Assembly: GCA_965223905.1 (NCBI GenBank)
Contig: CBDCXV010000010.1
Span: forward strand, 1,920,001 to 1,984,000
Source: Candidatus Latescibacterota bacterium
GTDB taxonomy: Bacteria > Latescibacterota > UBA2968 > UBA8231
Direction: 5' to 3'
Length of the DNA: 64,000 nt
Shown: positions 58,882 through 64,000 of the stretch, piece by piece
How the letters are laid out: every line of letters begins with the position of its first letter
Position numbering within the stretch: position 1 is the first letter of the stretch
Notes under the pieces: generated by a model
What the model saw: only the letters and a program-made list of their open reading frames with translations
Told to the model about the DNA's origin: nothing
Database searches by the model: none
Made by a program: the position numbers and the translations under genes

Positions 58882-61593
58882 CTAATCAAGACCGGCGTAT
58901 ACCGCGGCAAAGGCCACTCTGCCCGTCTCGGTCTCGTCATCTATCGATCTTCTGGTCAATCTCATACCCATTTTGGTCACCAGGCGGTAACCCAGGTAGC
59001 TGGTGTTGTTCGTGAACTGGAGCGCTCCGACGATTTCGGTGAAATCGTCTACCAGTCCCTCCCTGACCGCCGTCTCGGATTTGCGCAGCTGGTTGAAGAT
59101 CGAGTACTCGACACCGGCCTGGACGGAGGAGGAGGCGAACAGCGGCCATCGCGCCAGCAGGGAGAGCCGCACCGTGTCTTCCCTGCGCTTGGCATGGAAT
59201 CTGCCCGGCGGAGACTCGAGCCTGAGCTCGTTCTTTATTCTCGGCATGAGATCGACACGGGCCACCTTGCGTTCGAGGTCCACCTTGTTGATGAGACCGA
59301 AGAAGGTGTAGTTCTCCCGCAGATCGGGCTGTCGTTGGTTTTGGTGCCAGCGATCGTATTTGAGTTTACTCACGAAATTCACATCCTCGATCGCCGTGTA
59401 CTTGAAGCTCATGAACGTGGAGTTTATCCACGTGTCGCGAGCCGCCAGGGGATCGCCGGTTGGAAGGTTCCGCCGCTCGATCTCGCTCCACTGGCGAAGA
59501 CCGTTCGGTATGGTGTCCTTGGCGATTCTGATGTTCTCGAAGACCTTCAGCCTTCCGAGACCCGGGTAGTCCTGTTCCAGGACGAAGAGCATGTAGTGGG
59601 TCTTGTTTTCCCCCTCGCCGGCGATCAACTTCTCATCCGTTCGTCCGACGGTGAGCCTGATGCTGGGAAGCACGTTGACACCGCCGTAGATGTTGTATCC
59701 CTCGTGGTCCCTGGGGTAGGGGAAATCCGGTTCATCGTCGTTTTCGAACCGATCCACCCAGAGGTTGTTGTTCATGTCAATGCCGAACAGGTATTCCGGC
59801 CTGTCGGTTCCGTATCTCAAGAACGGCTCGTCGTAGTCCGGGAGGAGATTGCGAAGGTCCCTGGTGTCGTTCTGGTTGAAATCGGATATGAAGTCGAGGT
59901 TTTCGTCGTACCCGGGAAACACCTCGATGTCTATGTCTTGGAATATCCTCTGCCAGTCGGGGAACCTGTCCTGATCGTCGTTGTCGTCGACGAGCTCGTA
60001 GAAGAATCTGCCCTTGTCCGAGTAGTCTATGTTGGTTTCGCCCCTAGCCATTATGACGGAGGTGTTGTAGTTGTGGGCCATGCTGTAGGCTTCGCCGAAG
60101 AAGAAGAACGGATGGGCGATCTTCGACATATTCAACATCCAGCCATCGCCTTCGTCAGAGGTCCCCAGGTGCTTTGTGTGCGCCCTGTTGGGGTACTTCC
60201 TGTAGCTCACGCTGCGGTCCCATTCTCCGTAGAGGTCGAATCCCCAGAGGCGGGTCGCTTCCAGTGTGACCCCGAATATTTCGGTGGCCGTCGGCAGACC
60301 ATACGGGATCTTGAGGACGGTCAGGTTGGAGCCATCCTTGACGTTTTCATCGGCCCTGGCAGCCAGCAGGTAGACGTTGGCCAAATCCCTGTCGAACTGG
60401 CGGTTCGAGGTCATCTCGATTCTGTAGTCGTTGGCGACTACCAGCTCGACTGTCACCATTCTTATCTCTGACGGATCCGGGCCGGTGTACGTCCCCACCG
60501 AGAAGTCGTAGACCAGCTCGATCTGCTCGGAGCCGCTCGCCTCCCAGAACCCCAGCTGCTGAAAGCCGCCCCGGGGCGCGGGAATCAGCCCGACTTCGCT
60601 GGCCCGGACAACCTCTCTCTCGAAACTCACATCCCCCGCTTCATCGATCGTTTCGACGTCGGCCTCTATGATCATGTCCCACGCGAACAGATAGGTACCG
60701 CCTTCGTTGTCCCCTGGCGAGTCGTCCGAGAGTCGCACGAAGACCCGGGTGACGTTCTCCGCGTTCTGACTGGAGACGATCGAACCGCTTCGCGGGCTGT
60801 CCTCGAAGGCGTCGAGGAGCTGAGAGGAGTTGTGGGCGCTCACGTAGTTGGCGCCGAGTTTGAGATAATCTCCAACCTGGGCCGTCGCGCGCCCGCCGGT
60901 CAGGGTCGTCGAGCTCGTCCTCTGGTTAACAGTGGGGCTTCGCGGGCCGGCGCCTCCGGGCGAACCGACTCGGGAAAGGAGCGCCGTGACCTCGTACTTG
61001 TCGGACTGATAGTCGATCTGGATGCCGTCGAACGCCGGCTTCGAGAAGGACATCGGAGTCAGGGTCGATCGGATCTGATCGCCTATGGAGATGGCCAGAT
61101 TGTGCTGTCCCTTCTGATCGGAGGCTACGACCAGATTGCTGAAGAAACTGTTGAACCGTTTGGTCTTGAACAGGTTGCTTCCCCCCTGCTGGGGCTGGGT
61201 CTGGCTCCAGTCGTAGACCAGCCATCCTCTGGTGATGTACGAACCGTAGATGTCGTAGAAGTAGTCCCCCTCGAGATTGGTCGTTACATAGCGAGTGTAG
61301 TGATCTCTCGCGTAGTTGCTGTACTCCCACTGCTTCCACTGATATTCGCGAAACAGCTCCTGTGGGACGTACCACTTCCTGACCGCGGGGTCTAGAGCGC
61401 CGAACAGGACGCCGGGCCCCGTCGGTTCGAACGTGAGCTCGCCGCCGCGGCGAACCCCCGTTATCCGATCTCGATCGGGACCCTGGGCTTCCGAGCGAGT
61501 ACTGTACAGCAGGATCGCCGAGACGATGGTGCACCATATGGCCAGCGAACCGACCAGGCGCATCGCGGCTCTGATTGTATGACCGGTCACCAT
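58882..61593 (-). CDS. ~900-aa probable outer-membrane protein, paralog of 5771-8479
   Basis: AGGAGGGAG RBS; long identical peptide blocks shared with copy 1; ends AVYAGLD. Confidence 0.75.
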   Translation of the reverse strand: MVTGHTIRAAMRLVGSLAIWCTIVSAILLYSTRSEAQGPDRDRITGVRRGGELTFEPTGPGVLFGALDPAVRKWYVPQELFREYQWKQWEYSNYARDHYTRYVTTNLEGDYFYDIYGSYITRGWLVYDWSQTQPQQGGSNLFKTKRFNSFFSNLVVASDQKGQHNLAISIGDQIRSTLTPMSFSKPAFDGIQIDYQSDKYEVTALLSRVGSPGGAGPRSPTVNQRTSSTTLTGGRATAQVGDYLKLGANYVSAHNSSQLLDAFEDSPRSGSIVSSQNAENVTRVFVRLSDDSPGDNEGGTYLFAWDMIIEADVETIDEAGDVSFEREVVRASEVGLIPAPRGGFQQLGFWEASGSEQIELVYDFSVGTYTGPDPSEIRMVTVELVVANDYRIEMTSNRQFDRDLANVYLLAARADENVKDGSNLTVLKIPYGLPTATEIFGVTLEATRLWGFDLYGEWDRSVSYRKYPNRAHTKHLGTSDEGDGWMLNMSKIAHPFFFFGEAYSMAHNYNTSVIMARGETNIDYSDKGRFFYELVDDNDDQDRFPDWQRIFQDIDIEVFPGYDENLDFISDFNQNDTRDLRNLLPDYDEPFLRYGTDRPEYLFGIDMNNNLWVDRFENDDEPDFPYPRDHEGYNIYGGVNVLPSIRLTVGRTDEKLIAGEGENKTHYMLFVLEQDYPGLGRLKVFENIRIAKDTIPNGLRQWSEIERRNLPTGDPLAARDTWINSTFMSFKYTAIEDVNFVSKLKYDRWHQNQRQPDLRENYTFFGLINKVDLERKVARVDLMPRIKNELRLESPPGRFHAKRREDTVRLSLLARWPLFASSSVQAGVEYSIFNQLRKSETAVREGLVDDFTEIVGALQFTNNTSYLGYRLVTKMGMRLTRRSIDDETETGRVAFAAVYAGLD

Positions 61594-61629
61594 GTGACTC
61601 CCTCCTACCTTTCGAGTAATTGCGAACAA

Positions 61630-63360
61630 TCAATAGACCAAAGGCACGATCGCAGTCTTGCTCTCCTTACCTGTATCTGCAGCGACTTCCACGCGCACGA
61701 GGTAGACTCCCGGCGATAGCATTTGTCCGTTGTCGTCCGCGCCGTCCCAGACTCTCTGATATCTTCCACTGATGTCGAGGTCGGAGTAGATCACCCTTCT
61801 GAGGCTGCCGGCGAGGTCGTAGACTTGTACCGACACCGGAGTACCGCCTGTCAGGTAAGCGATGTCGTAAGTGACAATGGCTTGGTCGTTAACTCCATCG
61901 CCATTGGGCGTAAACGGAGCCGGGGCAACCTCGAGGAGGTGGATAAGATTCTCAGCGATCAGGACCGTGACGGAAAGGTCATCTCCGCTGGCGAGGGGAT
62001 CTGAAGCCGCATCTCCGGCGACGATCAATTGAGGCAGATCCTGCTCCCTCAAACTGTTGAAGACCTTACCGGCGAATACAGTGTTGTACTGCAGCGCTAT
62101 GCTCTCGAATACCACTGTGAGGGTCCTGTCTCCTCTGATCGCGGGAAAACTTACCTGAACACCGCCTTCGATGTCTGTTTTTTCCCACTCGACATCGTCT
62201 CCGTCGATCTGTACCGAGCGGATCACATCCACCGGTGCCTGAGTCTCAATTTCGAGTCGATCGAACCCGCGACTGTTGAAGCTCTTGACGGTGTAGGTCA
62301 ACTCGGTGTTGCGCCCGACCGTGGCTCTCTGCGGCCATATCTCTCCCAGCAGCGAATCGGCCAGCGCTGGCGAGACCTCCACGGCGATCGAATCGACCGT
62401 CGCTGCCGAAAGGATGTCGCTGTTCTGGAACAGAACGCGAAACTGCCAGTACTGGCGGGGTGCAGGTGATACGATCTGTGTACGCACTCCGGCCGGATAG
62501 GGAGGAGACCATCCGCTCCACTCCAGGCTATCGCTCGGGTCCGGCGTGCTGCCACTTCGGGTGGATACGGTAGCAGATACCTTGGTAGGCTCTCCTATCG
62601 TCTCCTTTGCCCACGTTATGCCGCCGAAGACGGCGGGCCGATCCTCATCGAACACATTCGAAGTGTACGCAGCAGCAGATGCGAAACCTTCGCCGAAGAT
62701 CTGAAACTCGTCGATCTCCCATGCCCCCCGTACTTCCTGCTGCACCTGTATGTAACGCACGAACTGCAGCGGCACGTCTATGTCGACGACCGGGTCGCGA
62801 TTGCGTTCGACTGTCCTGAAGAGTCTGAAATCGGGATTTCCGGCCTCGGTCGTCTGCTCCTCGCTGCCGTCGTTCAGCCACACTTTGTAACCCCTCAGGA
62901 AGAACTCCTCGAACCCCTGGCGGGGGAAAAATCTGATCCTGTTGACTCCAAAACTCTCGCCCAGATCAAACCTGAATCGGACCCCTGTGGCCCTCGGGAG
63001 CTTGACTTCGAAGGCCGTGCTCTCGTTGTCCGCCATCTTGTTCAGCAAGGCAGGCAACTCAATCGGCTTGACTCCGAGAACGATGTGCGCATTCTGCGAC
63101 GTTATTTCCCCCTCCTGTTTGATCACCTTCAGGGAAATATTGTCTTCAGGATCGTTCTGTGAAGGTTGAATGGAACCGGGATTGGTTTCGAAATCGATGA
63201 TCGTTGTCTCGTTCTCGGAATACTCCTGATCCCAGGCGCGGGAACCCGGGCCACCTCCGAAGACGATCGTCTCTCCATTGCCTGTCGCCGCAAGTCCGAG
63301 GAGAACGATAGACAGAACGGGCAGGGCCACAGTTCTATGAGGTGATGTCCCGATTGTCAT
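61630..63360 (-). CDS. FTPNGDGxND/FlgD-Ig C-terminal-domain secreted protein, paralog of 3981-5729
   Basis: Same signal peptide and motifs; ends VPLVY. Confidence 0.8.
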   Translation of the reverse strand: MTIGTSPHRTVALPVLSIVLLGLAATGNGETIVFGGGPGSRAWDQEYSENETTIIDFETNPGSIQPSQNDPEDNISLKVIKQEGEITSQNAHIVLGVKPIELPALLNKMADNESTAFEVKLPRATGVRFRFDLGESFGVNRIRFFPRQGFEEFFLRGYKVWLNDGSEEQTTEAGNPDFRLFRTVERNRDPVVDIDVPLQFVRYIQVQQEVRGAWEIDEFQIFGEGFASAAAYTSNVFDEDRPAVFGGITWAKETIGEPTKVSATVSTRSGSTPDPSDSLEWSGWSPPYPAGVRTQIVSPAPRQYWQFRVLFQNSDILSAATVDSIAVEVSPALADSLLGEIWPQRATVGRNTELTYTVKSFNSRGFDRLEIETQAPVDVIRSVQIDGDDVEWEKTDIEGGVQVSFPAIRGDRTLTVVFESIALQYNTVFAGKVFNSLREQDLPQLIVAGDAASDPLASGDDLSVTVLIAENLIHLLEVAPAPFTPNGDGVNDQAIVTYDIAYLTGGTPVSVQVYDLAGSLRRVIYSDLDISGRYQRVWDGADDNGQMLSPGVYLVRVEVAADTGKESKTAIVPLVY

Positions 63361-63379
63361 TGCTAAGCACTGGCTCCTG

Positions 63380-64000
63380 TCAGTAGGCGACGTGCACCAA
63401 TCGATGGACCGAGGTGTTCTTCTTGGATGTCGAATGCACATCCAGGTCGATGCGCATCAGATAGATCCCCGGTGGCACGATCGCTCCCGACTGATCAACT
63501 CCCGTCCACGCCACCGTATGACGACCCGCCGTTATGGTCTCCTCAGTTATCCGCGCCACCAGCCGGCCGCTCAGATCGTACACTTCCACCTGAACCGGCG
63601 TCGAAGCAAGCACCCGCATCAGCGAAAAACTGACCTCCAGCTCGTCGTTGATGCCGTCGCCATTGGGCGTGAACCCGCTATCGACCTGCAGATCCCCCAG
63701 CAGCTCGCCGCGCTCCAGCGCCAACACCACCGTCGTCTCGCTGTCCACAACCCCGTTGGCATCGCCGTCATCCGCCCGCTGCCACGAGTTCTCGAACTCC
63801 GAGTGCCCCAGGGAGCCGATGAAAAACGTGTTGTACACGAATATGGTCGCCTCGAACTGAAGCTCCACCAGCGCTGATCCACTCGTCGTCTTGATCGCAG
63901 CCGGCAGACGCACCCACAGCGAATCCGTCTCCATCACCACCTCGAACCCCTCGCTCTCCGCCGTATACGTACGGCTTCCTGCCCCGTCACGTCTACACTC
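63380..64000 (-). CDS. 3' part of the paralog of 1328-3979 (runs off the window)
   Basis: DSLWVRLPAAIKTT...FTPNGDGIND...VHVAY, nearly identical to the C-terminus of 1328-3979. Confidence 0.85.
   Translation of the reverse strand, partial: ECRRDGAGSRTYTAESEGFEVVMETDSLWVRLPAAIKTTSGSALVELQFEATIFVYNTFFIGSLGHSEFENSWQRADDGDANGVVDSETTVVLALERGELLGDLQVDSGFTPNGDGINDELEVSFSLMRVLASTPVQVEVYDLSGRLVARITEETITAGRHTVAWTGVDQSGAIVPPGIYLMRIDLDVHSTSKKNTSVHRLVHVAY

Noticed and set aside
58780-60471. 563-aa plus-strand ORF, and similar long antisense ORFs (6890-8026, 47023-48828, 52345-53736)
   Set aside because: Shadow ORFs opposite well-supported genes in high-GC DNA; no motifs or RBS.
1-64000. CRISPR array, rRNA, tRNA, reverse transcriptase/DGR or site-specific recombinase
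   Set aside because: No regularly spaced repeats, RNA-gene signatures, or RT/recombinase motifs seen. The paralog variation is not adenine-restricted.

Overview
GC-rich bacterial accessory region; the gene content suggests the FCB superphylum (Latescibacterota/Gemmatimonadota-like), which is inference only. Its most notable content is a five-gene module seen twice: a secreted ~300-aa CBM9/DOMON-like protein ending in TAVxxxxWxRIKAxFSN, an intrinsic terminator, two large secreted proteins ending in an FTPNGDGxND/FlgD-Ig domain, a ~900-aa probable outer-membrane protein, and a two-parvulin PPIase lipoprotein. Copy 1 (1-10185) is intact. Copy 2 is a separate first gene at 54124-55038 plus the other four genes inverted at 57245-64000, with a decaying PPIase. 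Between them lies a mosaic catabolic island: five related beta-propeller hydrolase-like genes, a beta-helix protein, a Dpp/Opp-type ABC transporter, CRTAC1/FG-GAP and TPR genes, a C45 hydrolase and a DUF6785-like membrane protein. The island is heavily disrupted by insertion sequences: a three-tier nested IS1380>IS1182>IS701 with readable terminal inverted repeats (TIRs) and target-site duplications (TSDs), IS5, IS66, and IS91-type ori-end remnants carrying an outward promoter. Many frameshifts are present; some may be sequencing errors. I saw no rRNA, tRNA or CRISPR array. All product names come from motif recognition by eye, not database searches.
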